Positions 1 through 10,212 of a stretch of 64,000 nt of DNA are shown in pieces (position 1 is the first letter of the stretch; every line of letters begins with the position of its first letter). This stretch comes from an uncultured Verrucomicrobiota bacterium (GTDB taxonomy: Bacteria > Verrucomicrobiota > Verrucomicrobiia > Palsa-1439 > CAYGDP01): NCBI GenBank assembly GCA_964348665.1, contig CAYGDP010000023.1, positions 1,309 to 65,308 on the forward strand, in the 5' to 3' direction. Below the pieces are notes generated by a model. The model was given only the letters and a program-made list of their open reading frames with translations. It made no database searches and was not told the DNA's origin. A program made the position numbers and the translations under genes.

Positions 1-1647
1 GACAAGTCGCGAGCCATCATCGGTTCGAAGTTCCCGAGCGCTCTATATATTCATGGCAAAGCCGAGCGCCACGATGCTCTAGTCGCTTTGCGAAAAGAAC
101 TTACCGACAAGCTAGTTGCCGAAAATCCGGACAACGCCAAAGCGCCCATCGGCGAAATCTTTTACACCCTGCAAGCCGAAGTGATGCGCGCAACGGTCAT
201 TCGAGAAGGGAAACGGATGGATGGACGCGGCGAACGCGACATCCGCCCGATTCACGGCGAAGTGGGTCTTTTGCCCCGGGTGCATGGCTCGGCGGTATTC
301 CAGCGCGGCGAGACACAAGCGTTGGCGCTGGTTACGCTGGGCTCGACGGCGGACGTGCAAGAAATGGATGTGTACGGTGGCGGCGTGGGCGAGAAAAAAT
401 TCATCCTGCACTACAATTTTCCTCCGTTCAGCACCGGAGAAACCAAACGCATCATGGGACCGGGTCGCCGCGAGATCGGTCATGGCGCATTGGCCGAGCG
501 GTCGTTGCTTCCATCGATTCCGACACAGGATTTTCCCTACACGCTCCGCGTGACCTCGGAGATTCTTGAATCCAACGGGTCATCCTCGATGGCGACCGTC
601 TGCGCGGGAACTCTAGCGTTGATGGATGCCGGGGTGCCGATCAAATCGCCGGTTGCCGGGATTTCGATAGGGCTGGTGAAAGAAGGCGAGAAAGCAGTGT
701 TGTTGACCGACATCCTTGGCGCGGAAGACGGCATGGGGGATATGGATTTCAAAGTGGCCGGCACTCGAAACGGCATCACCGGGTTTCAAGTCGATTTGAA
801 AATCCGCGGGCTTTCGTTTCCGCTCATTAAGGAAACTCTCGAGCGCGCCCGCGAAGCGCGTCACACGATCCTCGATAAGATGGCTGCTGTGTTGCCCGAA
901 TCGCGCAAGGAAATGTCGCGTTTCGCGCCGCGCATCCTCACGGTACGGATCCCGCCTGACAAAATCGGCGCGCTCATCGGGCCGGGCGGTAAAAACATCA
1001 ACAAAATCACTGCTGAGACCGGCGTGGAAATTGATATTCAGGATAGCGGCGAGGTGTTTGTCTTCAGCAGCAACGGTGAAGCCAGCACGCGCGCCGTCGA
1101 GATGATTCAAGCATTGACGGCGGAAGCGGAGTTAGGCAAAATTTACCGCGGCAAAGTGGCGGATATCAAGGAATTCGGTTGTTTCGTCGAATTTATGCCC
1201 GGTAAAGACGGCATGGTACACATCAGTGAACTGGCGGGTTTCCGCGTCGGCAAAGTCGAAGACATTTGCAAAGTCGGCGACGAGATGTGGGTGAAGGTCA
1301 TCGAAATCGATGATCGCGGCCGCGTGCGCCTTTCACGACGAGCCGCGCTCGAGGAAAAAGACGCGATTGCCCGTGGCGAACCGATTCCAGAATACAAACC
1401 GAAACCGCGCGAGTCGTTCGGCGACCGTGGCGGTCGCGGAGGTCGTCCCGAACGCCGGGAAGGTGGTGGATACGGCCGTGGTGGTGGTCGCGAGGGCGGA
1501 AATCGCGAGGGCGGCGAATCTCGCGGTCCACGTCCCGCCCATGGTACGCCCGCTGCATTGGTCGGCGGTGACCGTGGTCCCCGTCGCGAAGGCGGTTATG
1601 GTGGGCGCGGGGGTGAAAATCGAGGAGGAGGTCGTGAGTCTCAATAA
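1..1647 (+). CDS. pnp: Polynucleotide phosphorylase, 3' portion. The gene starts upstream of the window and the frame is open from position 1. It carries KH and S1 domains followed by a ~80-aa Arg/Gly-rich (RGG-box-like) C-terminal tail.
   Basis: Translation contains RNase PH-like, KH ('[11 protein letters not shown]') and S1 ('[15 protein letters not shown]') signatures. The frame is continuous from base 1 with no start codon needed. The low-complexity '[24 protein letters not shown]' tail is read directly. Confidence 0.9.
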   Translation, partial: DKSRAIIGSKFPSALYIHGKAERHDALVALRKELTDKLVAENPDNAKAPIGEIFYTLQAEVMRATVIREGKRMDGRGERDIRPIHGEVGLLPRVHGSAVFQRGETQALALVTLGSTADVQEMDVYGGGVGEKKFILHYNFPPFSTGETKRIMGPGRREIGHGALAERSLLPSIPTQDFPYTLRVTSEILESNGSSSMATVCAGTLALMDAGVPIKSPVAGISIGLVKEGEKAVLLTDILGAEDGMGDMDFKVAGTRNGITGFQVDLKIRGLSFPLIKETLERAREARHTILDKMAAVLPESRKEMSRFAPRILTVRIPPDKIGALIGPGGKNINKITAETGVEIDIQDSGEVFVFSSNGEASTRAVEMIQALTAEAELGKIYRGKVADIKEFGCFVEFMPGKDGMVHISELAGFRVGKVEDICKVGDEMWVKVIEIDDRGRVRLSRRAALEEKDAIARGEPIPEYKPKPRESFGDRGGRGGRPERREGGGYGRGGGREGGNREGGESRGPRPAHGTPAALVGGDRGPRREGGYGGRGGENRGGGRESQ

Positions 1648-4600
1648 GATCCGACTTGCGGCATTTGTGGTTGGTATGGCGTTCGCGGCTGGGGTAGTAC
1701 TTGCCCAAGCGCCCAATCCGGTTGCGGAAGCGTTGCGCAAGGAAGCGGAAAGCGCATTTCAAGCCGAGGATTACAAGACGGCGAGCGAGAAGTTCGGTGA
1801 GTTCAAGAAAAAGTTTCCTGCCGATGGCAACCTTTGGGTCGTTGTTTTCCAACTTGGCCAGGCGTACTCGCTCGACGGTCAGCACGATAAGGCGCAAAAG
1901 GAATTTGAGGACTTGCGGAAATTGCCCATTACGCGCAGCGACGAGCAAAAAGAGCTGATTGCATTCTGGCTCTTCCGGGTCGCGGGAGGCCGGGTCGAAA
2001 AAGCGGCAGCGTCAGGCGACACGAAGAAGCGGGATGCGGCCTATGCCACGGCGGAAAAGGCGTACGAAGATTTTATCAAGGGGTTTTCCAAGACAAAACT
2101 TCGCACCGAATCCTTGTTTTACATTGCGATGGCGCGCGAGCAGGCGGAGAAATTCACCGAGGCGAAGAAGGCGTATAAAGACGTGATTGCGGTTACCGCG
2201 CAGTCAGCGCTGGCTGCCGATCGACAGCTGGCGCAAAGCGCAACGTACAAAATTGCGAGTGTTCTCCTGAAAGAATCCAAAGCGGCCAAGCGCGCGAATA
2301 AGACGGCCGAAGCCGAGAAATTCCGCGATGAAGCGCGGAAACAGTTCGATGAAGTATTGGTCAAAGCCAAACAAGTGCAGAATTATCTTCTGATCAACGA
2401 AATGAATTTTCGGGTCGGGATGATTTGGTTTGAAGACGAGGAGTTCAACGAGGCAATTGTCATGCTGCGCTTGGTGCGTCCTAAGTCCGAACTTCTCGCC
2501 TACCAGACGGCGGTCGTGCAGTCACTCGAAAGCAATCCTCTCACGCGGACGAATGCCGACCTGAAGGCTCGTCTCGATACGGCCAAACAGATGAAGGAAA
2601 ACATCGCCGCCGCTCCAGATCCGTTTATTATTGCGTACGACACGATCGCCCGCGCGTATATCCGGCAGCAACTTTCCCACGAGGCCTATACGATCACCCG
2701 GCATTTGCTACCACATGCCACAGATAAGATGCAGCGTAAACAGGTGCAATTGGATTTGATAAGTTCTTTACTGGGATTAAGTATGGCTGACGCGGCGCGC
2801 GATGAATTTGCAAAATGGCAGGAAGATTTCAAAAACGACGAGGGCGGCGACCACGTCAGTTATTTGATCGCACAATTGTATATTCAACAGCGGCCTTCTC
2901 GCTATGACGAAGCTCGCGCACAATACAAAAAGAGCCAGGTGGATTATCCGACTGGCCGGTTTTTTGCCGGCGCGTTGCTTGGTGAGGCGATGGCGTATCC
3001 TCCGTCGCAAGCGCCTCAAATGCTGGAGGCGCTCAAGAAGATCGAAAAACGCATCGAAAACGAAAAGGAATTGGCGGCGGAATTTGCCTTTCAACTGGCC
3101 CAGGCGTATTACGGTCTTGGCAAATATGCCGAAGCGGCAGCTCAATACAGGGTTGTCAAAGAGAAACATTCCGGATACCCCAATCGCCCCGTCGCTGCGC
3201 TCCAAATCGGCATTTCCACGCTCAAAGCAGGCAAACCCAACGAAGCCATCGTCGAGTTGCAAAAGTTCATCACGGATTTTCCGGAGAACAAGGATTTGAC
3301 CACCGACGCGTATTTTCAGATTGCCAACGCGACGGAGATGAAAGCCTCCAGCACCATGGATCTCAAACTCAAGAATGAGACGCTCGATGACGCCGTCAAG
3401 CAATACCGCGCCATTATTGGCCGCGATCCGAAGGGTCCGCGCGCCCCCGACGCGCAAATCAAGGTCGCCGCCGTTTATAGCGCCAAGCAGGACTGGATAG
3501 CGATGTCCAACGCGTTGACGGCTTTAACCAAGGAGTATCCCGAGAGTCCTCTCGTGCCGACTGCGTATTTCTATCTCGGCCAAGACCTCGTTCGCCAGAA
3601 ACTTTATGACAAAGCCGTCGAACAATTCGAGATGATCACCAAAAAGTTTCCCGACAGCCCGAATGCTCCGGATGCCCATCTCGAGATCGGGAATGCGTGG
3701 AAAAAATCCGCTACCGACATGGGCTTGCCGCAAGGATTGCTTCCTGAAAAACTCGCCATTTGGCAGGAACGCGTTGCCAAGGCAATCGCCGCATACGAGA
3801 CTACGCTGCAAAAATTTCCCGACCGACCGCAGGCCGATGTCGCCTTGAGCTCCATTCTAAGCCTTCAAAGTCTCCGCTTGGCTGCCAAACTTATTGCCGA
3901 GAAGGATGTCAGCAAATATTTCGATGATCTCGCCAAAAAATTCTCCGGCAACCGCATCCTTCGCATCAAGATCGCCTTTGCCGGAGGCAAGCTCATTCGT
4001 GATCCTGCCGAATCGCTGAAGATATTTGACCGACTTTGGACCGAAAGCGATAAGGAGAATCTGCCACTTGGAATAGGCTTTTACGAGGAATATGCCAAGC
4101 GACTTGCCGTCGCCACGCCGCCGCAGTTCGATAAAGCCGTCGCCGCTTGGGCGAAGATGTTCGAGGTTGCCGCCGATAATGAGACTCGCGCCCGCGCCCT
4201 GATCGGTCGCGCGGAACCCCTCACGTTGCAGAAAAAATATGGCGATGCCGAGAAACTTCTGGACCGCGTGATCAAGGAGTTTGACAAGACAAAAGCCGTG
4301 CCCAGCGCGCACCTGGGAAAGGCCTACATTCTTGACGAGCAAAACAAGCCGGAAGCGATTGATGCTTATAAAAAGGTGCTGGAAACGGCAAAGGGCGAGT
4401 TGCTTGCCAAAGGGACTTTCCGCATCGCCAACGCGTATTTGAAGAAAAAGGACGATGCCAGCGCGTTCGTTCATTTTCGCACGATGGTCGAGATGTTTTC
4501 CACCTTTGCTGAGTCCGCCGAGTCTGCCTACCGTTGCGGCGAGATTCTGGAGCGAACCCCGGCCATCGCCACAGCGCAAAAAACAACCGCGCTCAACTTC

Positions 4601-4684
4601 TATAACATCGCAATCCGATACAAAAATTCTCCGATGGCCGAGAAAGCCGCCGAACGTATCAAGGCTCTCTCTGCAAAGAAGTAG
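1634..4684 (+). CDS. Large tetratricopeptide-repeat (TPR) protein with an N-terminal signal/TM segment. The likely start is GTG 1634, overlapping the pnp stop, rather than the upstream track start at 1310.
   Basis: Long ORF. GGAGGA lies 4 nt upstream of GTG 1634. A hydrophobic N-terminus 'LAAFVVGMAFAAGVVLAQA' is followed by many TPR-like helical repeats ('AYYGLGKYAEAAAQY', 'YFYLGQDLVRQKLYDKAVEQF'). Confidence 0.6.
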   Translation: MSLNKIRLAAFVVGMAFAAGVVLAQAPNPVAEALRKEAESAFQAEDYKTASEKFGEFKKKFPADGNLWVVVFQLGQAYSLDGQHDKAQKEFEDLRKLPITRSDEQKELIAFWLFRVAGGRVEKAAASGDTKKRDAAYATAEKAYEDFIKGFSKTKLRTESLFYIAMAREQAEKFTEAKKAYKDVIAVTAQSALAADRQLAQSATYKIASVLLKESKAAKRANKTAEAEKFRDEARKQFDEVLVKAKQVQNYLLINEMNFRVGMIWFEDEEFNEAIVMLRLVRPKSELLAYQTAVVQSLESNPLTRTNADLKARLDTAKQMKENIAAAPDPFIIAYDTIARAYIRQQLSHEAYTITRHLLPHATDKMQRKQVQLDLISSLLGLSMADAARDEFAKWQEDFKNDEGGDHVSYLIAQLYIQQRPSRYDEARAQYKKSQVDYPTGRFFAGALLGEAMAYPPSQAPQMLEALKKIEKRIENEKELAAEFAFQLAQAYYGLGKYAEAAAQYRVVKEKHSGYPNRPVAALQIGISTLKAGKPNEAIVELQKFITDFPENKDLTTDAYFQIANATEMKASSTMDLKLKNETLDDAVKQYRAIIGRDPKGPRAPDAQIKVAAVYSAKQDWIAMSNALTALTKEYPESPLVPTAYFYLGQDLVRQKLYDKAVEQFEMITKKFPDSPNAPDAHLEIGNAWKKSATDMGLPQGLLPEKLAIWQERVAKAIAAYETTLQKFPDRPQADVALSSILSLQSLRLAAKLIAEKDVSKYFDDLAKKFSGNRILRIKIAFAGGKLIRDPAESLKIFDRLWTESDKENLPLGIGFYEEYAKRLAVATPPQFDKAVAAWAKMFEVAADNETRARALIGRAEPLTLQKKYGDAEKLLDRVIKEFDKTKAVPSAHLGKAYILDEQNKPEAIDAYKKVLETAKGELLAKGTFRIANAYLKKKDDASAFVHFRTMVEMFSTFAESAESAYRCGEILERTPAIATAQKTTALNFYNIAIRYKNSPMAEKAAERIKALSAKK

Positions 4685-4748
4685 CGCAGACATTTTGCCT
4701 GCAAAATTCTTCTGGCCGCGTTCGTGACGCAACGATATCCTCTCCACG

Positions 4749-5405
4749 ATGCCAAAAGAACCTCGTATTGCACGCCGTTCCCGCGCTGCCAAGCTCCTCG
4801 CTCGTCTTCGCCGCGCCTATCCCGACGCGAAATGCTCTCTCGATCATTCCAACCCTCTCCAGCTCCTCGTGGCCACCATCCTCTCTGCGCAATGCACCGA
4901 TGATCGGGTCAATATCGTCACCAAGGATTTGTTCCGGAAATATCGCAGCGCCGATGACTTTGCCAAAGCTCCACCCGGCGTTTTGGAACAGGACATTCGT
5001 TCCACCGGTTTCTACAAAAACAAAGCCCGCTCCCTCCGTGCTTGCTGCGCCGATATCGTTGCCATACACGGTGGGCGCGTTCCCGACACGATGGACGCGC
5101 TCACCGCTCTCGCTGGGGTCGGCCGCAAAACCGCCAATGTCATTCTCGCCACCGCTTTTGGCAAAGCCGAGGGGATCGCCGTGGACACGCACGTCACGCG
5201 ATTGTCGCAACGATTGGGACTGACGCGCCACACCGAGCCGGAAAAGATCGAGCGCGACTTGATGGCGCTCGTTCCCCCGCGTAATTGGGATTCACTTTCG
5301 TTGCTCCTGATCTTTCACGGCCGCCGCCGCTGCATGGCGCGCAACCCCGATTGCGAGCATTGCGAAGTGGCCGCCCTTTGCCCTAAGATTGGGGTGAAAG
5401 GATAA
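4749..5405 (+). CDS. nth: Endonuclease III (DNA glycosylase/AP lyase) with a 4Fe-4S cluster
   Basis: HhH-GPD motif 'LAGVGRKTANVIL' and a C-terminal Cys cluster 'CMARNPDCEHCEVAALCP'. Confidence 0.9.
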   Translation: MPKEPRIARRSRAAKLLARLRRAYPDAKCSLDHSNPLQLLVATILSAQCTDDRVNIVTKDLFRKYRSADDFAKAPPGVLEQDIRSTGFYKNKARSLRACCADIVAIHGGRVPDTMDALTALAGVGRKTANVILATAFGKAEGIAVDTHVTRLSQRLGLTRHTEPEKIERDLMALVPPRNWDSLSLLLIFHGRRRCMARNPDCEHCEVAALCPKIGVKG

Positions 5406-5410
5406 TAATC

Positions 5411-5881
5411 ATGCCTGACCTCCAAGAAGGCGATCTCGCCCCAGATTTTGACGCGCCTGCGACGACGGGTGGCTCTCTGAAACTTGCCGATCTGCGCGGA
5501 AAAACCGTTGTGGTTTTCTTTTTCCCGCGCGCGAACACGCCGGGTTGAACCATCGAATCGTGCGAGTTTCGCACCGCGCAGAAAAAATTTACCGACCGCT
5601 ACGCCGTCATCGTCGGCGTTAGCACCGACAAGCCCGAAGCGCAGCAGAAATTCGCGCGCCGATTCAAGCTGACGTACCCGATCGTTTCGGACGCTGAGAA
5701 GATCATCGTGAAGGCCTATGGTGTGTGGAAGCCGAAAAAATTCATGGGGCGCGAGTTCCTCGGCACACAGCGCGCCACGTTAATCATCGGACCCGACGGT
5801 CGGATCGCAAAAATCTTCCCCAAGGCAAAGGCTCTCGGCCACGCCGCCGAAGTGCTGGCGGCGCTCGATGAACTGCGCTAA
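5411..5881 (+). CDS. bcp: Bcp/PrxQ-type peroxiredoxin with an in-frame UGA (5546..5548) at the peroxidatic Cys position; predicted selenoprotein.
   Basis: ATG 5411 follows an AAGG-like spacing. The translation 'VVFFFPRANTPG-U-TIESCEF' matches the Prx T-x-x-C motif with TGA replacing Cys, and a resolving Cys lies 5 residues later. The frame stays open to TAA 5879..5881. A hairpin lies immediately downstream of the UGA. Confidence 0.75.
5549..5585 (+). promoter_or_regulatory. SECIS-like stem-loop (GTGCGA-GTT-TCGCAC at 5560..5574) beginning 11 nt after the in-frame UGA
   Basis: A perfect 6-bp inverted repeat read directly. Its nucleotide context is nearly identical to the second Sec-Prx gene (GGGTTGAAC..TCGAA.CGTGCG.GTT.CGC). 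Confidence 0.55.
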
Positions 5882-5892
5882 ACTGCGCGTGG

Positions 5893-6657
5893 ATGCATCC
5901 GATCCTCATCAAGCTCGGCAACTTCGAATTGCATTGGTACGGCCTTTTGCTGGCGCTCGGTTTTCTGGTCGGTCTCTGGACCGCCGCGCGCCGCGCTAAG
6001 AGCGCCGATATCAAGCCAGAGGTGGTCTGGGGATTGGGCACTTGGCTGATTATTGGCAGTTTGCTGGTTGCAAAAGCCTTTCACGTGGCGATTTATTTCG
6101 ATGATTATCGGCTGCATTTTGCGGAAAATCCCCTCGTTATGTTGCGATCGGGGGTCGTTTTTTATGGCGGGTTAACCGGAGGCATTGTCACCACGATTCT
6201 TTATGCGGATATGAACAAGGTTCCACTCTGGAAACTCGCCGACGTGCTTGCTCCGTCACTGGCGCTAGGGCATGCGTTTGGGCGAGTCGGTTGCTTTTTG
6301 GAGGGTTGTTGTTACGGGACACGATGCAACCTGCCATGGGCGGTGCAGTATTCCTGGGCGCATGAAACGCATCAGCAGCCGGTTCATCCCTCACAACTTT
6401 ACGAGGCAGCGGGTCTGCTGGCAATTGCGACCGCATTGCATTGGTTATTTCCAAAACGAAAGTTTGACGGCCAAGTCTGGTGGTTATATGCGCTCTTCTA
6501 TGCGTTGCTGCGGTTCAAGGTAGAGTTCTTTCGGGGTGACGTGCCGATTCATTGGTTGGGCGGCCTCGGACTCACGACCGCGCAATTCTTAAGCGCTCTG
6601 TTGCTGGTCGTCGCAGTGGTTTTTCTCGTTCGCGGTAAATTCCAGAAAACATCATGA
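5893..6657 (+). CDS. lgt: Prolipoprotein diacylglyceryl transferase
   Basis: The N-terminus 'ILIKLGNFELHWYGLLLALGFLVG' is a typical Lgt signature, in a polytopic membrane protein of ~254 aa. Confidence 0.9.
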   Translation: MHPILIKLGNFELHWYGLLLALGFLVGLWTAARRAKSADIKPEVVWGLGTWLIIGSLLVAKAFHVAIYFDDYRLHFAENPLVMLRSGVVFYGGLTGGIVTTILYADMNKVPLWKLADVLAPSLALGHAFGRVGCFLEGCCYGTRCNLPWAVQYSWAHETHQQPVHPSQLYEAAGLLAIATALHWLFPKRKFDGQVWWLYALFYALLRFKVEFFRGDVPIHWLGGLGLTTAQFLSALLLVVAVVFLVRGKFQKTS

Positions 6658-7570
6658 GTGAACGATTGACAGTCGAGTCGGCCGAGACCGGGACGCGGTT
6701 GGACCAATTCGTCCACGCGCGGCTGCCGCAGTATTCGCGCGCGTATCTCCAGAAGCTCATTCGTGAAGGTCACATTCTCGTTGGCAGTAAATCCGCTAAA
6801 CAGAATGCCAAAGTGCGCTCGGGCGACCTCGTCACCGTAGCATTTCCAGCTCCGCGCCCGCTGGAAATCGAGCCGGAAGTGATCCCGCTAAAAATTCTTC
6901 ATGAAGATCAGGATTTGCTGGTGCTAAACAAATCCCCGGGCATGGTTGTTCACCCCGGCGCGGGCAATCAACGCGGCACGTTGGTCAACGCATTGCTGGC
7001 GCACTGCGGTGCGAGTCTCTCCGGAATCGGCGGCGTGCTGCGTCCGGGCATCGTGCATCGGCTCGACAAAGACACCAGCGGGATGATGGTGGTGGCCAAG
7101 ACCGATGCGGCGCATCGCGCGCTGTCCGCGCAGTTCAAGGCGCGCACGGTGAGCAAGACGTATTTGGCGTTGGTACGCGGGAGCATGGAGCGTGACAAAG
7201 GCGTAATTTCCGCGGCGCTCGGCCGGCATCCGACGCAGAGGAAAAAAATTTCTGTCGTGACCGATGGCCGCGAAGCGCTGACCGAATACGTGGTGGAGCG
7301 ACGTTTTGCGTCCGCGACGCTCGTGCGATGTCATCCGAAGACGGGGCGCACCCATCAGATTCGAGTGCATCTGGCGAAGCTCGGTCACCCGATCATTGGC
7401 GACCGTGTATATAGCCGGAAGCAGACGATAGATGCGCCTCGGCAGATGCTTCACGCGCATCAACTCGGCTTTACGCATCCAGCGACCGGCAAATGGCTTG
7501 AGTTCACCGCGCCAATGCCGGATGATATGGAACGAATCGTGAGAGCGATGATGCGTGAGGAGCGTGAAAC

Positions 7571-7574
<4 letters not shown>
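6654..7574 (+). CDS. rluD: RluA/RluD-family 23S rRNA pseudouridine synthase with an N-terminal S4 domain
   Basis: Catalytic motif 'HRLDKDTSGMMVVAKTD'. The S4-like N-terminus and 4-nt overlaps with neighbouring genes are also read. Confidence 0.85.
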
Positions 7575-8335
<761 letters not shown>

Positions 8336-8400
8336 GCGCGGTAACATTGGTCACACGATTGGGCTTGCGCAGAGCGCACGGTGGCGATAGGAAGGAAGGC

Positions 8401-9054
8401 GTGCAAATCAAATTCATCTCCAATCTCGTGGTTGTCGTCAGTTTGATCACGCTGTCCGCCGTCATCGCGGCGGAGCCGGTCCGTGTCGCTTGCGTGGGCG
8501 ATAGCATTACCTATGGTGCCGGCGTCGACAATCGCGGTGTAAACAATTACCCGAAAGTTCTCGGCACACTGCTCGGTGAAAATTATGACGTTCGCAACTA
8601 TGGCGTGAGCGGCGCCACCCTTCTAAAAAAGGGCGACAAGCCGTACTGGGGGTTACGCGAATTTAAGGCGGTCGCGGAATTTAATCCACAGATCGTCGTG
8701 CTCAAGCTAGGCACCAACGATTCCAAGCCGCAGAACTGGAAATACAAAGAAGAGTTTGCCGACGATCTGCGCGCGATGCTCGACGCGTTTGCCAGTTTTC
8801 CCGCCAAACCGAAGGTCTGGATTTGCCTGCCCGTTCCTGTGTATCAAGACAAATGGGGCATCAACGAAGCGACCATCAAGGGTGAAGTCATCCCCGTCAT
8901 TCGGAGTGTCGCTAAGGAGAAAGGAGCGGCTACTGTTGATCTTTACACCGCCTTGACCGGGCATCCAAAGGATTTTCCAGATGGAGTGCACCCGAACGCC
9001 GCTGGAGCGGCTCTGATTGCCCAGACGGTTCACGGTGCGATTACTGGCAAATAG
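8401..9054 (+). CDS. Secreted SGNH/GDSL-family hydrolase. Likely start is GTG 8401; the track start at 7996 is an upstream over-extension.
   Basis: Signal-like N-terminus 'VQIKFISNLVVVVSLITLSAVIAA', followed by 'VACVGDSITYG' (GDS motif) and a C-terminal 'DGVHPN' (catalytic His block). Confidence 0.7.
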   Translation: MQIKFISNLVVVVSLITLSAVIAAEPVRVACVGDSITYGAGVDNRGVNNYPKVLGTLLGENYDVRNYGVSGATLLKKGDKPYWGLREFKAVAEFNPQIVVLKLGTNDSKPQNWKYKEEFADDLRAMLDAFASFPAKPKVWICLPVPVYQDKWGINEATIKGEVIPVIRSVAKEKGAATVDLYTALTGHPKDFPDGVHPNAAGAALIAQTVHGAITGK

Positions 9055-9066
9055 CCGGAGGACATA

Positions 9067-9438
9067 ATGAACATTCAAGATTGTTTCAAAGGATTGTGTG
9101 TGACTTATAAAGTCACCGGTAAAGATGCCGCGGTGAATTACGTAGATCGCGCCAAGGGCGAGATCGAGATCGGGTTCGATAATGGCACTACCGCGCGGGT
9201 GCGACCGAGCGACGTGGAACCCGCGATGGGTGGTGCGCAATCGGACCGGCCCAGCGGCCCGGTGCGGCCTTGTCCGAACTGCGCCCAACCTATTCCCTAC
9301 GGCGAGACAACCTGCCCTTCGTGCGGCTTCCAATACGGAGTGCAAAAGCCTTCCAGTGGAATCGGGAAGTTCATCATCACCTTGATTGTTCTTGGCGCCA
9401 TTGCGTTCGCTGTCTGGAAATTTGTTCTACAAAAGTGA
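9067..9438 (+). CDS. Small zinc-ribbon protein with a C-terminal TM helix
   Basis: 'CPNCAQPIPYGETTCPSCGF' (a CxxC..CxxC zinc ribbon) plus a hydrophobic tail 'FIITLIVLGAIAFAVW'. Confidence 0.5.
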   Translation: MNIQDCFKGLCVTYKVTGKDAAVNYVDRAKGEIEIGFDNGTTARVRPSDVEPAMGGAQSDRPSGPVRPCPNCAQPIPYGETTCPSCGFQYGVQKPSSGIGKFIITLIVLGAIAFAVWKFVLQK

Positions 9439-10205
9439 GCGCTCCCCAACTCGATCTCTCCGGCCATGTCGCGCTCGTCACGGGCGCCACCGGCAATCTC
9501 GGACGCGTCATCACTCGCACGCTCGCCCGGTACGGCGCGGACGTGGCGATTCATTATCACCGCGACGAAAAAATGGCGTCTACACTTTTGAAAGATGTGA
9601 CCGGAATGGGTCGTTGCGCTGTCATCTCGCAGGCGGATGTGACGGATGCGGACTCCATTCAAGCGATGAAAAAGGTCGTTGACCGGGATCTTGGAGTCCC
9701 TGACATTCTCGTCAACAACGCTGTGGCGCAATACAAATGGGTGAGTGTGTTGGAGCAGCCTGCCGGGGATTACGAAAGCCAGTTTCGCACGTGCGTGTTG
9801 CACAACGTCCTGATGGCGAAGGCATTTGCGCCGGCCATGATCAAACATCGCTGGGGCCGTATCATCGCGATCAATACCGAGTGTGCGGCACAGAATTTCG
9901 CGGGACAATCTGCCTACGTTGCGGGAAAGCGCGGGATGGATGGCGTCCTGCGCGTGCTTGCGCGCGAGTTGGGGGAACATCAAATCACCGTTAACCAAGT
10001 CGCCCCCGGTTGGATGATCACCGACCGCGACCGCGTGAAGGGCGGCGAAAATCAACCACACTACGAAGCCAGCGTTCCGCTCCGCCGCCGTGGAACGGAC
10101 CAAGACATCGCGAACGCCGTCGCGTTTCTTGCCAGCGATCTGGCGGGCTTTATCACCGGCGCTTTTCTCCCCGTTTGCGGTGGCAACGTAATGACATCAA
10201 TTTAA
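9435..10205 (+). CDS. Short-chain dehydrogenase/reductase (FabG-like)
   Basis: 'VTGATGNLGRV' Rossmann motif and 'YVAGKRG' (YxxxK) catalytic motif. GTG start overlapping the upstream stop. Confidence 0.8.
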   Translation: MSAPQLDLSGHVALVTGATGNLGRVITRTLARYGADVAIHYHRDEKMASTLLKDVTGMGRCAVISQADVTDADSIQAMKKVVDRDLGVPDILVNNAVAQYKWVSVLEQPAGDYESQFRTCVLHNVLMAKAFAPAMIKHRWGRIIAINTECAAQNFAGQSAYVAGKRGMDGVLRVLARELGEHQITVNQVAPGWMITDRDRVKGGENQPHYEASVPLRRRGTDQDIANAVAFLASDLAGFITGAFLPVCGGNVMTSI

Positions 10206-10212
10206 GGTATCT

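Noticed and set aside
1310-1633. 5' part of the track ORF 1310..4684, which overlaps the pnp 3' end in another frame
   Set aside because: It is out of frame with the well-supported pnp tail, and the hydrophobic signal-like segment begins only after 1634. A GTG with an upstream GGAGGA fits better as the start.
2777-4792. Minus-strand ORFs (2777..3457, 3857..4792) inside the TPR gene
   Set aside because: They are antisense to a long, coherent, repeat-structured protein and have no motifs. This is a GC-rich artefact.
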